A stretch of DNA of 64,000 nucleotides, taken from NCBI GenBank assembly GCA_000934665.2, contig KZ538475.1, positions 1 to 64,000 on the forward strand, read 5' to 3'. Position 1 is the first letter of the stretch, and each line of letters starts with the position of its first letter. Below are positions 63,901-64,000 of this stretch, piece by piece. The translations under genes were made by a program, and so were the position numbers. This DNA comes from Catajapyx aquilonaris. Its lineage: Eukaryota. The notes beneath the pieces are model-generated. The model saw only the letters and a program-made list of their open reading frames with translations. It did no database searches and was not told the DNA's origin.

Positions 63901-64000
63901 ATAGGGGGAACAACAAGAGGAAGTTTGCACGGATTTTGTTGGGAGAGCAAACCTTAACGGCACATCATGGATCCGGTGTGTGCGTTTTTAGTGAATCCGG

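Noticed and set aside
1..64000. CRISPR arrays, operons or other prokaryotic systems
   Set aside because: The sequence is eukaryotic with spliceosomal introns, and no repeat-spacer array is present.

Overview
Eukaryotic genomic DNA, probably from an arthropod. The window is dominated by a minus-strand dead ringer/retained (ARID3 family) transcription-factor gene. Six coding exons can be joined with consistent phases: 45934-45362, 24936-24864, 17597-17414, 16813-16587, 10497-10156 and 9211-9105. They give about 501 aa with the extended ARID and a REKLES-type C-terminus. The start codon lies upstream of 45934 and was not located. The introns are large (up to about 20 kb) and contain several MITEs, foldback palindromes and a truncated retroelement tail. 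A long 3' UTR probably runs to about 5.9 kb. Downstream (0.1-5.5 kb) is a repeat-rich patch with a mariner remnant, a hAT MITE, a Helitron fragment, a LINE fragment and a tRNA-Ala-like pseudogene. This patch also holds a candidate three-exon minus-strand gene that the ORF track does not assemble (3091-2912, 2614-2420, 1004-894; about 161 codons). It has one in-frame TGA and no homology I recognise. Most ORFs in the track appear to be spurious intronic ORFs.
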